Shown piece by piece: positions 1 to 8,809 of a stretch of 64,000 nt of DNA. Numbering within the stretch: position 1 is the first letter of the stretch; every line of letters starts with the position of its first letter. Origin of the DNA: a virus; the IMG/VR virus record IMGVR_UViG_3300020122_000155, positions 41,066-105,065 of that record; one strand, 5' to 3'. Under the pieces are notes generated by a model. That model worked only from the letters and a program-made list of their open reading frames with translations, had not been told where the DNA came from and searched no databases. Both the position numbers and the translations under genes were made by a program.

Positions 1-466
1 CCAGCAGTACATTTGCGCCCCCTGCCGTCCCCATATTCTGAAACGTCAGGTAGCTCATCGTCGGAGCGATTGCATGGAATACTCCCTCATCGCTGCCGGT
101 CATAATTAGAGTGCCGACCACCCCCAGCGTGTTTGATTGGCTCACTCTCCACTGCTCCCCGTCCGTGGTGGAGTTCATCTCGAACGAAAGCCCGTGCAGT
201 CCGCTGACAAGGATCTGAATGAATCCGAGCCCGCTGATCTCGTTGTCGGGGAAACCGTTCAGGCCGAGTCCCTGCTCATCGTTTCCGAGATCCTTGCCGT
301 ACAGCTTTTGCGGCGTGCTGACATTCGAGAATCCGTAGGCTGTTGTGAATCCGCCGTAGGACTGGCTTACGCCGAGCGTGCCGGTCGGGTTGTCGAAAAA
401 CAATGTAGTTGCGCTGGCCGTCATACTGATAGCCACCACTAAAAGTGCGAGTGTTATGTGCTTCAT
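1..466 (-). CDS. Secreted PEP-CTERM-like surface protein (3' end outside window)
   Basis: Hand translation MKHITLALLVVAISMTASATTLFFDNPTG...TAYGF...LYGK...DEQGLGL...DNEI...MNSTTDGEQW; signal peptide; GGAG RBS; open to window edge; the C-terminal sorting motif is not visible. Confidence 0.55.
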   Translation of the reverse strand, partial: MKHITLALLVVAISMTASATTLFFDNPTGTLGVSQSYGGFTTAYGFSNVSTPQKLYGKDLGNDEQGLGLNGFPDNEISGLGFIQILVSGLHGLSFEMNSTTDGEQWRVSQSNTLGVVGTLIMTGSDEGVFHAIAPTMSYLTFQNMGTAGGANVLL

Positions 467-480
467 ATTCATTCTCCGAA

Positions 481-675
481 TCATTTCAATCTGTCAATAC
501 GTCTGAAAACTTCGTCTACCCCAAGAAAGAGCCATGCACGGTCATGGTAGGCGTGAACCGCGAACTCGGCCTTAGCGTCATCAATCGTCTGCGCCTGTTG
601 TTTGCAGGCTGGCCAGAGGACATTCAAATCGATCTTTCGCAATCGTGCGTACCATAAACCGTAAAGCCAATTCAC
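481..675 (-). CDS. hypothetical protein
   Basis: ORF in tightly packed operon with overlapping start/stop. Confidence 0.6.
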   Translation of the reverse strand: MNWLYGLWYARLRKIDLNVLWPACKQQAQTIDDAKAEFAVHAYHDRAWLFLGVDEVFRRIDRLK

Positions 676-914
676 GAGGCGCTCCTGTCTCGGTTTATGA
701 TTGTATCAGGACCGATGAACCCCTTTAGCGAGTCGGCCAATGCCTGTTCGGTTTCCCCGTACATGATCATCAGGTCGATTTTGTAGGGGAGATTCAACTC
801 CTCCAAATGGAGATGGATTGGCTTCCCTTGCTGTAATCGCTCAACATTCCCGGCGCTGAGCCCTAGCCCGATCATCGTTCTCCCGTTTTCGCCGCTCGCC
901 GTGAACTTGATCAC
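672..914 (-). CDS. hypothetical protein
   Basis: AGGAG RBS before GTG; packed in operon. Confidence 0.7.
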   Translation of the reverse strand: MIKFTASGENGRTMIGLGLSAGNVERLQQGKPIHLHLEELNLPYKIDLMIMYGETEQALADSLKGFIGPDTIINRDRSAS

Positions 915-923
915 CCTACGCTC

Positions 924-1520
924 CTAATCCCAGTACTTGCTGGCGTCGCGCCACTCTGGATAGTGTTCATCCAGCCACGCCAAGGCTATTTTATCGTTAA
1001 CGTACTGCGCCGCCCAGCGCTCATTGTCGTTGGATACCGGCGTCTCTGGCGTCGAGAATATGACGGCCTTGCGGTCGCGGACATGAGCTACAGAGACTCC
1101 TCTCTTGCGAGCGTCTTCCCCATAGTCCGCCCCGTAGGAGTATCGGCGCGTTGCGTTAAGATGCGCGGAGCGATCATAAAACGCGGCCTTGTAGAACATT
1201 GCCGCCCGTTCACGCCCCTTGTCGTCCACTAGGTTAGACCACATCGAATGATCGGTTGGAATCTTCTTCCAGCCCTTCGGCAATTCGACGTAGGTGAACA
1301 TCGGATCGCCCTCGACGGCATCCATGAACTTAACGCCTGCCGCTTCTAGCTCCCGCTTGTCGTCATCGCCCATCCTAGATGGAAGAGTGTCGCTGCCAAC
1401 GAACGACCGCTGCCCTTGTGATTCTTGCCCCATGATTGCGCCGGATGCCCCGCGTGTCATCGCGTCCATAAGGAATCCGAGCGGATCATGTTCCGCCGCT
1501 GTGTTGATAGGTCGCTTCAT
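924..1520 (-). CDS. conserved phage hypothetical protein
   Basis: Start reassigned to MKRPIN; motif TDHSMWS..VDDKGRERAAMFYKAAFYDR. Confidence 0.7.
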   Translation of the reverse strand: MKRPINTAAEHDPLGFLMDAMTRGASGAIMGQESQGQRSFVGSDTLPSRMGDDDKRELEAAGVKFMDAVEGDPMFTYVELPKGWKKIPTDHSMWSNLVDDKGRERAAMFYKAAFYDRSAHLNATRRYSYGADYGEDARKRGVSVAHVRDRKAVIFSTPETPVSNDNERWAAQYVNDKIALAWLDEHYPEWRDASKYWD

Positions 1521-1522
1521 GT

Positions 1523-1762
1523 TCACGCCGCTTTCTTGGCTTTCTTCGGTTGCGCTCCACGTAGCTTCGCCCAGCGTGCCTTCTGTGCCCGCGATTGAGC
1601 CAACTTCTGCGCCGCCGTCCACTGCCTGCGCCCTGCCTTCTTGACTGGCGCTGTCGGCGTGCTGCTGAACGGACCGAACTCGAACACAGGTCCGCGCAAT
1701 AGCACGATGGCCTTGTCCAGCTTGTCTCGTTCCGCAATCAATAACTGAATAACATTGTTCAT
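1523..1762 (-). CDS. small basic putative nucleic-acid-binding protein (Acidobacteria-type)
   Basis: N-terminal coiled coil LIAERDKLDKAIVLL and basic tail AQKARWAK; GAAAGGA RBS. Confidence 0.7.
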   Translation of the reverse strand: MNNVIQLLIAERDKLDKAIVLLRGPVFEFGPFSSTPTAPVKKAGRRQWTAAQKLAQSRAQKARWAKLRGAQPKKAKKAA

Positions 1763-1786
1763 AAGTGTCCTTTCAAATCAAAATTC

Positions 1787-1899
1787 GAGAGCGCCGGTCG
1801 GAGGAGAACGACGCTCCCGCTCCGTCGTGGAAAATTCACCTGTGGGAGGCAAAACCACGACGGAGAAACTCTGCCCAGTTGCTTCCCCTGTACCGGGCT
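1787..1899 (-). ncRNA. candidate structured RNA with anti-SD (CCUCC) loops
   Basis: Intergenic; perfect 11-bp inverted repeat 1820-1830/1855-1865 plus two further hairpins. Confidence 0.35.
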
Positions 1900-1944
1900 A
1901 ACAGGTCAACGTCGCTAAACGGATGCCCTACAAATCACTTTGGT

Positions 1945-2115
1945 TCATCCGCCAGCCGGAACTTTCAGCGTATCCAGCATCATTTCGATCTCGTCCTTGA
2001 TTGATTTCAACGTAGCCTTCGTCGTTTCGCGGTCAACTGACGTGTCTGAAAACACATCATCGACAGCCGACTTCGCCGTCTCAAAGAGAATCTGGTGCTT
2101 GGACTTGCGGCCCAT
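1945..2115 (-). CDS. hypothetical protein
   Basis: Start reassigned to MGRKSK, directly after the upstream stop. Confidence 0.55.
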   Translation of the reverse strand: MGRKSKHQILFETAKSAVDDVFSDTSVDRETTKATLKSIKDEIEMMLDTLKVPAGG

Positions 2116-2116
2116 G

Positions 2117-2323
2117 TTACGCCGCCTGCTTCTTTTCGCGCGGTTTGCGCGGAGCCTTCCACCCAAGCTGGCGAAGCTCTGTGTTGATGGCCTCAATGCG
2201 CGTCTCGCAGTTCTGGCGCTCCGCAACCAATTCCACTTGCCGATTGACAAGAGCTTGCTCCGCCGCGTGCTTTTGCGCCAGCAATGCCGATGCCGTACTT
2301 CCTGCTTCGTTTTCTGTCTTCAT
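2117..2323 (-). CDS. coiled-coil hypothetical protein
   Basis: ATGA overlap with the upstream gene; heptad pattern. Confidence 0.6.
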   Translation of the reverse strand: MKTENEAGSTASALLAQKHAAEQALVNRQVELVAERQNCETRIEAINTELRQLGWKAPRKPREKKQAA

Positions 2324-3099
2324 AATCCGTTGCTCTCCATTTCTTTCAAAAATCTTGTGGCCTCTTCGCTGCGCTGATCGTCCACTCGACCCTCGCGCTG
2401 CGCGGCCAAAATCCTTTCTACATCCTCGTCAGTGATCGCGTCTTTATCGGCGACCACTTCGGGCTCTGGCGACAGCCGCGTGAATGGTCCGAACCGGCGC
2501 TCCAACTCTTCGCGCTTCGCCAGCATCACATCCACGAAGCTGCTTAACGCTGGACGCATCTTAGCGATCATCTCCTCGTCCCTGCGAACTCGGACTGCTG
2601 GCAGTGGCAACCGAGGATGGTAACTGAAAATGTCAATCCACTCTCGTTCATGGATCATCAGCCTGCCTTGAAGCTGTATCCGGTATTCGTCGTCAACCGT
2701 GTCGCCGAGCGCATAGGAAATTTGCGTGCTGAGTTTTGGAGCTTTCGCCTCCATGTCTCCGACCGTTCCAACAAGCCGATCAGGACTACATCCGAGCATC
2801 CCATCATCGGTCGTGAAAAATCCTCCGAGGGAAGTTTCCACATCGTTCAAGCATTCATACGCAGAAACGCACGCATCTTCCCACTCAATACCCCTCTCCA
2901 TCCACATAGACTGGTAATCATTTTCGTCGGGCTCTCCCGTTACCCATTCTCCGAGCAAGCGATACATCAACGCGGGAGCCTGCTTGGAAAGTTCGAGCTT
3001 TTTCGCGGTTATAATCCGGTGAAACTCCGAGCTACATGGTATTCCTAAACGGAGTTTTTTCCACTCTTCGCTTCGTGGCTCGACCGGATAGAAGATCAT
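2320..3099 (-). CDS. YqaJ/lambda-exonuclease-like recombination nuclease
   Basis: RSEEW..LRLG...SS, MERG..WE, GCSPDRLV, EAKAP, Y..QLQG motifs; start MIFYPVE at ATGA overlap. Confidence 0.9.
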   Translation of the reverse strand: MIFYPVEPRSEEWKKLRLGIPCSSEFHRIITAKKLELSKQAPALMYRLLGEWVTGEPDENDYQSMWMERGIEWEDACVSAYECLNDVETSLGGFFTTDDGMLGCSPDRLVGTVGDMEAKAPKLSTQISYALGDTVDDEYRIQLQGRLMIHEREWIDIFSYHPRLPLPAVRVRRDEEMIAKMRPALSSFVDVMLAKREELERRFGPFTRLSPEPEVVADKDAITDEDVERILAAQREGRVDDQRSEEATRFLKEMESNGL

Positions 3100-3698
3100 C
3101 TCGCCCTCTGCTGGAATCCCAGGACTTCTTCCAGCGGCCATCCGTAAGACAGCCTTGAAAAAATAGTTGCCCTTTTAACGCCCACCTTCCTCGACCATTG
3201 AGAAACTGTAAGCGTAGATCCCTCGAATGTAAGCCATCGATTAGCCCTAGTGTTATTGCTCTGCTCCTGCCGAGTCGCCCAACGAACATTCCCTGGCTGA
3301 TAGCCAAGGTTATTATCAATGCGATCCAGAGTCATTCCAGGGTTCGGCCTAACTCCTACGTCTGCTATGAAATTCTCATATTTCTTCCACCTATCGCATA
3401 CCTTTACGCCCCGCCCTCCATAGTAGGAGTAGCAAATATTTTTCGGGTTGGTGCATCGCTGCCACATCTCCCTCCATATGCCATTCTCCTTGTCCCTGTG
3501 TCCGCCATGCTTTATCCTGGATTCAATCTCCAGACACCCACACGATCTTGTTGACCCAGAACAAAGGTTTGACACCATGACAGAAGTGGTATTTCCGCAA
3601 TCGCACACGCATTCCCATTTGGTGTGCCCCTTTGCCCTACCAGCAAAGCGCACCAATACAAGCCGCCCGAATCTTTGTCCTGACCTATCCTTTATCAT
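3096..3698 (-). CDS. HNH homing endonuclease
   Basis: GQRFGRL, W.C.CDCG, SCGC, YGGRG.KVC.RW, TLDRIDN...Y.PGNVRWAT..EQ.NN. Confidence 0.9.
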   Translation of the reverse strand: MIKDRSGQRFGRLVLVRFAGRAKGHTKWECVCDCGNTTSVMVSNLCSGSTRSCGCLEIESRIKHGGHRDKENGIWREMWQRCTNPKNICYSYYGGRGVKVCDRWKKYENFIADVGVRPNPGMTLDRIDNNLGYQPGNVRWATRQEQSNNTRANRWLTFEGSTLTVSQWSRKVGVKRATIFSRLSYGWPLEEVLGFQQRAR

Positions 3699-4441
3699 GA
3701 CGGCCTTTTTCTCATCGCCTGCAATAAATTAACCGCCGCAGGAAACGCCGCACGGGGAATTTCCGCAAAACTCTTTGCGCCCATAGTCTCCAAAAACTTT
3801 GTAACTCGTTCTGGGGTCAAACTAATTTCATGAATAAGATCCTGGAGAGAGTCCAGTTGTTGCTGGGTCACGAAACTAACAATACTGTTGCCGTCCCGGT
3901 CGTCCGTGAATACTAAATTCCAGATCATCGCCTCCAGGTAGCGCCGCAGATAGCTAACCGACGATCCGAGCCCCTGAATGCCCGTCTTAGTCGCGCCACC
4001 CTTCGGCCCAGCAGTATCCAGTTCGCCGGTTAACTCATAGTCTTTTGAGAACCCGCCGACATGGAGCACCGTACAGCAGACCGTGGCGTACCCCTTGTCC
4101 GCTGGTTTGGAATTGAAGCTCAGCGCAAAGCCGTGCTTCGTATAGATCGGGCGGGCGATGGCGTCCACCGCTTCGAGGTCCGCAAATGTACTGTTGGTGC
4201 TCGGATTCTTGCGGTTCTTCCAAATAGGGGCCATTTCGCTCTGAGCAACACGCATCGCTTCGGAGAAAACCTTTTCAGCCTCGCGACGCTCCGCGCGCTC
4301 CTGAAGCTGCATGAATTGCGCGATGCGATCCGGGTCTACTGATGGATCACGGATTAAGCGCTCGATCATACTCAGCATGTCCGGCTGCTGGCGCTCCAGT
4401 GCGGCAGATTCGGCCAGCGTAAGTTGTTTTTCGTCGCTCAT
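3695..4441 (-). CDS. erf: ERF-family single-strand annealing protein
   Basis: NSTFADLE..D...RPI..KHGFALSF, GSSVSYLRRY motifs; next to exonuclease; start MSDEKQ. Confidence 0.85.
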   Translation of the reverse strand: MSDEKQLTLAESAALERQQPDMLSMIERLIRDPSVDPDRIAQFMQLQERAERREAEKVFSEAMRVAQSEMAPIWKNRKNPSTNSTFADLEAVDAIARPIYTKHGFALSFNSKPADKGYATVCCTVLHVGGFSKDYELTGELDTAGPKGGATKTGIQGLGSSVSYLRRYLEAMIWNLVFTDDRDGNSIVSFVTQQQLDSLQDLIHEISLTPERVTKFLETMGAKSFAEIPRAAFPAAVNLLQAMRKRPS

Positions 4442-4605
4442 TTTCCGTCCAGTCGCGAAAGTACGATGTCTTTCCACGTATCGAGAATCTCCTCGCGTAC
4501 TACGGAGTCGATCTCCTCCCACACATTTCCCAATCCGCTGCGGCCTTCGATGTCTTTCACGATGGCCTCAACGATCAGAGTGGCCTTGATTGCTTCTGCT
4601 GTCAT
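4438..4605 (-). CDS. hypothetical protein
   Basis: Start reassigned to MTAEAIK; overlaps neighbours at both ends. Confidence 0.6.
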   Translation of the reverse strand: MTAEAIKATLIVEAIVKDIEGRSGLGNVWEEIDSVVREEILDTWKDIVLSRLDGK

Positions 4606-5162
4606 CGACGGCCCCTTGCGCGATTCGCAATCACGCACCACGACTTCATCCAGCCGTCCTCTACGAGATACTTCTTGAACTTGCGGCTCAGCTTCGCGGC
4701 GTCCTTTGACGTGTCCGCGTTGAAGTGCCCCCAGATGTCGAAATAGATCGTGTCGTATCGAGCATCCTTCGGCGGATTCCACTCATAGATGTCCGCGTGG
4801 ATCACCTTTACCTGCGGGAAGTAAGGCCCAACCAGATCGATCACGTCCTTGTTTTTCTCGATGACCGTAACCGATTCGCTCTGCTCCATGATCGGATCTA
4901 GGATCAGGCCGATTCCCAATCCGGCGATCAGAACATGGCCGCAAGCCTCGCGGACAAAATCGGCGTTGGTCGCCCGTTCAAATTCGGCGTCCGTCATCAT
5001 GATCGAGCCGTTTACCAACAATCGCGCATACTTTTCTCGGTGGAGCGGCATACCGTGCAGCGCGCCCATCATGCGCTCTATTTTGCTCGGCTCATCGTGA
5101 ACCAATTCCGCCGTTCCGACCTTCCCCGGCTTCACGCGCTCGATAACATCCGTGTATTTCAC
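4602..5162 (-). CDS. class I SAM-dependent methyltransferase, spermidine-synthase-like
   Basis: VLIAGLGIG, VTVIEK..DVI, IHADI, YDTIYFDIW motifs; GTG start. Confidence 0.8.
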   Translation of the reverse strand: MKYTDVIERVKPGKVGTAELVHDEPSKIERMMGALHGMPLHREKYARLLVNGSIMMTDAEFERATNADFVREACGHVLIAGLGIGLILDPIMEQSESVTVIEKNKDVIDLVGPYFPQVKVIHADIYEWNPPKDARYDTIYFDIWGHFNADTSKDAAKLSRKFKKYLVEDGWMKSWCVIANRARGRR

Positions 5163-5323
5163 GCCTGTTTCCCTCTCCTGAAATCCCTCACCGCCGCCAG
5201 CCACGCCTCGTAACAAGTCACTCTCAACTTATTCCACAAATCCCCCATCTCCGTCCCGGCGCACTCTACTACTCGCCTGTCGGCAAGCAGGAAGCGTTCG
5301 CGGGCCTCTTGGAGTACGGTCAT
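5159..5323 (-). CDS. hypothetical protein
   Basis: Start MTVLQE; operon packing. Confidence 0.5.
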   Translation of the reverse strand: MTVLQEARERFLLADRRVVECAGTEMGDLWNKLRVTCYEAWLAAVRDFRRGKQA

Positions 5324-5544
5324 GCTGTTTTTCTCTGCGCCATCTCGCCCTCGATGAATTGCGCGATCTCCCGAAGACATCCGGCGTCAAAAACTGTTCC
5401 CTCTCCTGGCATAAAACAATAGCGACGCCACGAGTTGTACCACTTCACCCGACCGATTACGCAGCCATCGAGCGAGCAAACATCCCACAGGGAGGTTTTG
5501 CCGGTGATCGTCCCCTTGTTCTCGAACTTGAGGAAACTTTTCAT
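5320..5544 (-). CDS. conserved phage hypothetical protein
   Basis: Start MKSFLK; G.VKWY..WRRYCF.P..GTVFDAGCL motif. Confidence 0.65.
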   Translation of the reverse strand: MKSFLKFENKGTITGKTSLWDVCSLDGCVIGRVKWYNSWRRYCFMPGEGTVFDAGCLREIAQFIEGEMAQRKTA

Positions 5545-5882
5545 GCGGACCTCCGATCTCGCACGGGGAAGTAGTATACGTAATCGCGCCACGCCGATCT
5601 CTCTCGAAGTTGTGGCAAATTGGCAATGATCGCCTTCCGCGCGTCCTGGTACATGAACGGTGCGACTTCGAACGATACACGCTCTCCAAGAACCTCAGTC
5701 TGGAAGCTGATCCCGTTCACAGCCAAGCACTCCTTGATCGCCCGGTGCGCGTCCTGCGACTCGGTATGCACAACAACTACGGGCGCTTCGTCTTTCGCGC
5801 TGTGCGGATTGGCGCGGATTGCGGCTAGATCACGCTCGCAGCGCTCCTTGCTTTGATCTACAACAGTCAAAAATGGGCTCAT
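5541..5882 (-). CDS. hypothetical protein
   Basis: ATGA overlaps at both ends. Confidence 0.6.
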   Translation of the reverse strand: MSPFLTVVDQSKERCERDLAAIRANPHSAKDEAPVVVVHTESQDAHRAIKECLAVNGISFQTEVLGERVSFEVAPFMYQDARKAIIANLPQLRERSAWRDYVYYFPVRDRRSA

Positions 5883-6205
5883 GCGCCCTCCACTAGTTCG
5901 TGAAACTTGCGATCACCTTCGTCGGCTTCGCTGTACGCCTGCGGCTCCGGCATCAGGCCGAGCGTCATCAAAAGCTCGCACAACTCGTCGCGCGTTTCGC
6001 CTTTGCCCATCTCGACAAGGAACTCATAATCACATTCCCGCGTGCAGATCCACTTGCCCTTACTGAAAAAGACGGCGTAATAACCATCGGGCGTAAGGAA
6101 CACTTGATTGTCGTGCTCCTGCCACTTGAGAGAGAGCAGCGTTGAGCGAATGTTACCGTAGGATGCAGACGGCCAACCTTCGGGACAAATGGCAAGTGGG
6201 CTCAT
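5879..6205 (-). CDS. hypothetical protein
   Basis: ATGA overlap; GGAAGG RBS. Confidence 0.6.
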   Translation of the reverse strand: MSPLAICPEGWPSASYGNIRSTLLSLKWQEHDNQVFLTPDGYYAVFFSKGKWICTRECDYEFLVEMGKGETRDELCELLMTLGLMPEPQAYSEADEGDRKFHELVEGA

Positions 6206-6390
6206 GACACCTTCCTAACTGCGTCTATAATCTTGCGCCGCCTAGAAACATATCCCCGAAGGAATTTTTCAAGCGCATCAGAAATGGACATACCGTCAAT
6301 CGCAGCGATGCGCTTGGCGTCTAGCCATAATTGCTTGTCACGCAGGATAAACGTTCGATTGCCAAGCTGTTCCGCTGTTTTTCTCTTCAC
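6202..6390 (-). CDS. ribbon-helix-helix transcriptional regulator
   Basis: RTFILRDKQLWLDAKRIAAIDGMSISDALEKFLRGYV fits RHH; GTG lies 8 nt after the TACATT -10 box. Confidence 0.6.
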   Translation of the reverse strand: MKRKTAEQLGNRTFILRDKQLWLDAKRIAAIDGMSISDALEKFLRGYVSRRRKIIDAVRKVS

Positions 6391-6398
6391 GCATAAAA

Positions 6399-6450
6399 AA
6401 TGTACCACGTGAAGAAACTTATTGCAAGAGGAAAATTTTTATGTTTTACT
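6399..6450. promoter_or_regulatory. divergent promoters sharing a palindromic -35 (TTGCAA 6422-6427)
   Basis: Minus: TTGCAA-17-TACATT with TG extension. Plus: TTGCAA-17-TTTACT with TG extension. Sits at the strand switch. Confidence 0.6.
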
Positions 6451-6459
6451 GGTTCTTCC

Positions 6460-6684
6460 ATGAAGCGCTCACTCGGTCGCACGCTGCGAGAGATAAAAGA
6501 GCCCCGGCATAGTATGGTGCGCAATGAAGCATTTGAAATTCGCGTGGCACAAGCAATGCTTTTGCTCAAGGGTGGCGCAGATCCACGCGATTTGCGGGAT
6601 GAGCACGGTGGGGTTGTGGTGAATGATGCGCTGGAGCGCATAGCTGGGCGGAAAGAGGGTAGGTATGAGCGAGAACGGAAATAA
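6460..6684 (+). CDS. hypothetical protein
   Basis: First gene after the rightward promoter; start MKRSLG. Confidence 0.55.
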   Translation: MKRSLGRTLREIKEPRHSMVRNEAFEIRVAQAMLLLKGGADPRDLRDEHGGVVVNDALERIAGRKEGRYERERK

Positions 6685-7135
6685 TCACCTGACATTGCAG
6701 TTGACTGTACCGGCGCTGCTGAAGTTATTCGAAGGTGATCCCGATGTCGTCCTGCATATTCGCAAAGCGGCAGTCGCGGAGTTCACGCGGCGGAAAATCG
6801 GCACACTTCTGGATGCAGCATCCAAAGCGCTTGTGGAATCCGAAGTTGCAAAGCAGGTCGGTACCATCAAGGGCTATCCGGCAAAGATCACCTTGGCCGA
6901 GCCGATCTTGAATACGTTGAAGGAATCTTGTGCGACGGCGATGAAGGAGCACGAAAAGGCGATGTGGTCTTTGGTCCACAAGCAGATCGCCACGCAAATA
7001 GACGCGCACCTTGATTCTATCCAGGAGAAAGTTTCTGCCGAGGTTAAGCGCCGCATCGACTCTGAGATAACAGCGCGGATCAATACCGGGGTGCGTGAGC
7101 GTCTGGACGCAGTTATCAAGGCCGCGAAGGTATGA
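6665..7135 (+). CDS. helical/coiled-coil hypothetical protein
   Basis: RBS; operon packing. Confidence 0.7.
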   Translation: MSENGNNHLTLQLTVPALLKLFEGDPDVVLHIRKAAVAEFTRRKIGTLLDAASKALVESEVAKQVGTIKGYPAKITLAEPILNTLKESCATAMKEHEKAMWSLVHKQIATQIDAHLDSIQEKVSAEVKRRIDSEITARINTGVRERLDAVIKAAKV

Positions 7136-7320
7136 CGCCGACATCCCAATCTGAATCGCTCTACAACGTCGCAGAGCGCCTACGCGCCATCGCAGCCGAA
7201 GTGTGCGGATCGGTCCATATGCGGATTATTGATGAAGCGGCGACGGTCGAGAGGCTGGCAAAGGAACAGCGGCAGGCTCCTAGTCATGGGTTGCCGATGA
7301 AACCGAGGGGGAGAAAGTGA
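7132..7320 (+). CDS. hypothetical protein
   Basis: Overlaps neighbours at both ends. Confidence 0.55.
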   Translation: MTPTSQSESLYNVAERLRAIAAEVCGSVHMRIIDEAATVERLAKEQRQAPSHGLPMKPRGRK

Positions 7321-7712
7321 TTCAGCTTATCCTGCACCTTTTCGGAGATTACGTCACACAGTCCGATTGGATGGCGCAGAACAAAACCAAGAGCACGTGG
7401 GCCGCATTATGCCATGCGACGGTGTATTCCGCGCCGTTTTTATTTATCGGTAGCTGGAAGGCTCTGCTTGTGATCTGGTCCACGCATCTATTGATTGATC
7501 GCTTTCGTCTGGCACGCTATGTCGTGTTCGCCAAGAACTTCCTGATATTCGACGACTTCCACGCGAAGGGCTGGCCGCGTCCGAAGTGGAGCGATTGTAG
7601 CGCGACGGGTTATCCGAGCGCATCCCCTCCATGGCTGGCGGTGTGGCTGCTAATCGCCGCTGACAACACGATGCACTTGGCGATAAATTACGCCCCTCTT
7701 GGGTGGTTATGA
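7317..7712 (+). CDS. DUF3307-family membrane protein
   Basis: LHLFGDYVTQSDWMA..K, H..VY, THLLIDRF, ADNTMH. Confidence 0.8.
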   Translation: MIQLILHLFGDYVTQSDWMAQNKTKSTWAALCHATVYSAPFLFIGSWKALLVIWSTHLLIDRFRLARYVVFAKNFLIFDDFHAKGWPRPKWSDCSATGYPSASPPWLAVWLLIAADNTMHLAINYAPLGWL

Positions 7713-8200
7713 GCATTTATCGCTACACTCTTCGCCGCGAATGGAACGCGCAGAAGCGCGGCGTACTCAACTGGGTAATGTTAAATCCGAGCATGGCGGA
7801 CGACATTTTCGATGATCCGACAATTCGAAAGTGCATTGGCTTCACGAAACGATGGGGATTTTCCGGCTTGGTTGTGACGAATCTCTTCGCCTATCGCGCT
7901 ACGGACCCAAGAGACATGATCCGGGTAGCCCGAAAATCTTGGATGCTCGCCGAGGGTGAGGGGAATCGCGAGACGCTTTTGCGCGAAGCTGACGCCGCAG
8001 AGATGATCTGCTGCGCTTGGGGTAATAACGGCGGCATTAATGGGCGCGATTTGGAAGTTGTGTCGCTCCTCCATGAAACGCACGATCTTTACTGCATTCG
8101 GCGCACGAAGGAAGGCAATCCGGTGCATCCGGTGCGGGAATCATACACGGACGCGCCGGTCTTGTTCTATTCGTGCGTAGGAGAGCGGAAACATGCCTGA
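7709..8200 (+). CDS. DUF1643-family protein
   Basis: YRYTL.R.W, VMLNPS.AD...DDPTIRKC, NLFAYRATDP, AWG, G.P.HP. Confidence 0.85.
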   Translation: MSIYRYTLRREWNAQKRGVLNWVMLNPSMADDIFDDPTIRKCIGFTKRWGFSGLVVTNLFAYRATDPRDMIRVARKSWMLAEGEGNRETLLREADAAEMICCAWGNNGGINGRDLEVVSLLHETHDLYCIRRTKEGNPVHPVRESYTDAPVLFYSCVGERKHA

Positions 8201-8531
8201 CCGCCACGCATGGATAAAGCGAATCCGCAAGGGAGATGTGCTGGAGTCTCGCTCCGGTCGCTTGCGAATCGTTCGCTCTGTTTCGCACAGCGTAATCCCC
8301 GGATACGACATTCGGACGACCGTCATTTTCACGATCATGCGGTGCTCGTGGACGACTCGCTGCTACACGGTTTACACCGGCAACGATCTTGTCCAGATGG
8401 GATACAGGCCGGTCAAAGCCCGCGTCCGACTCGTAAAGCCGTTTGACAAGAAGATTGAGGCGGAGTTTAACCGCAAAGGGAATGCCAGCGAATGCGTGCT
8501 CCGCTGTTGCGACGTTGAAGGTATCGCGTGA
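8193..8531 (+). CDS. hypothetical protein
   Basis: GGAG RBS; operon packing. Confidence 0.6.
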   Translation: MPDRHAWIKRIRKGDVLESRSGRLRIVRSVSHSVIPGYDIRTTVIFTIMRCSWTTRCYTVYTGNDLVQMGYRPVKARVRLVKPFDKKIEAEFNRKGNASECVLRCCDVEGIA

Positions 8532-8764
8532 AACGCGGCGAGAGAATCTGGACCTGCGAGGTTTGCGGCAAAGAGGCTCCGTGGGGTGATGGATGGCAGT
8601 CCTATGGGTCAATTCGCAATGACGAGGGCGGCTTGCCTCCAATTGTGGTTTGCTCGCTGGCTTGCCGCGACGATCAGAAAACCAAGCAGTTGATCGAGGA
8701 GTACTGCGTTGTCGAAGCCGCGATGAAGAAGGAAGGCTATTTCCGTCGAGGACCGTGCCGATGA
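8528..8764 (+). CDS. small Cys-rich (zinc-binding) protein
   Basis: CEVCG...CSLAC. Confidence 0.6.
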   Translation: MKRGERIWTCEVCGKEAPWGDGWQSYGSIRNDEGGLPPIVVCSLACRDDQKTKQLIEEYCVVEAAMKKEGYFRRGPCR

Positions 8765-8773
8765 ACTTTTCTC

Positions 8774-8802
8774 TTGCAAAGCTCAAGGAAGAGGGTTAGA
8801 CT
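8774..8802 (+). promoter_or_regulatory. sigma70-like promoter, predicted leaderless start near 8810
   Basis: TTGCAA (8774-8779), 17 nt, TAGACT (8797-8802); ATG follows after 7 nt. Confidence 0.7.
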
Positions 8803-8809
8803 TTGAGGT

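Noticed and set aside
912-926. In-frame TAG linking 924-1520 to 672-914 as a readthrough fusion
   Set aside because: The spacer TAGGAG is simply a well-spaced SD for the downstream GTG.
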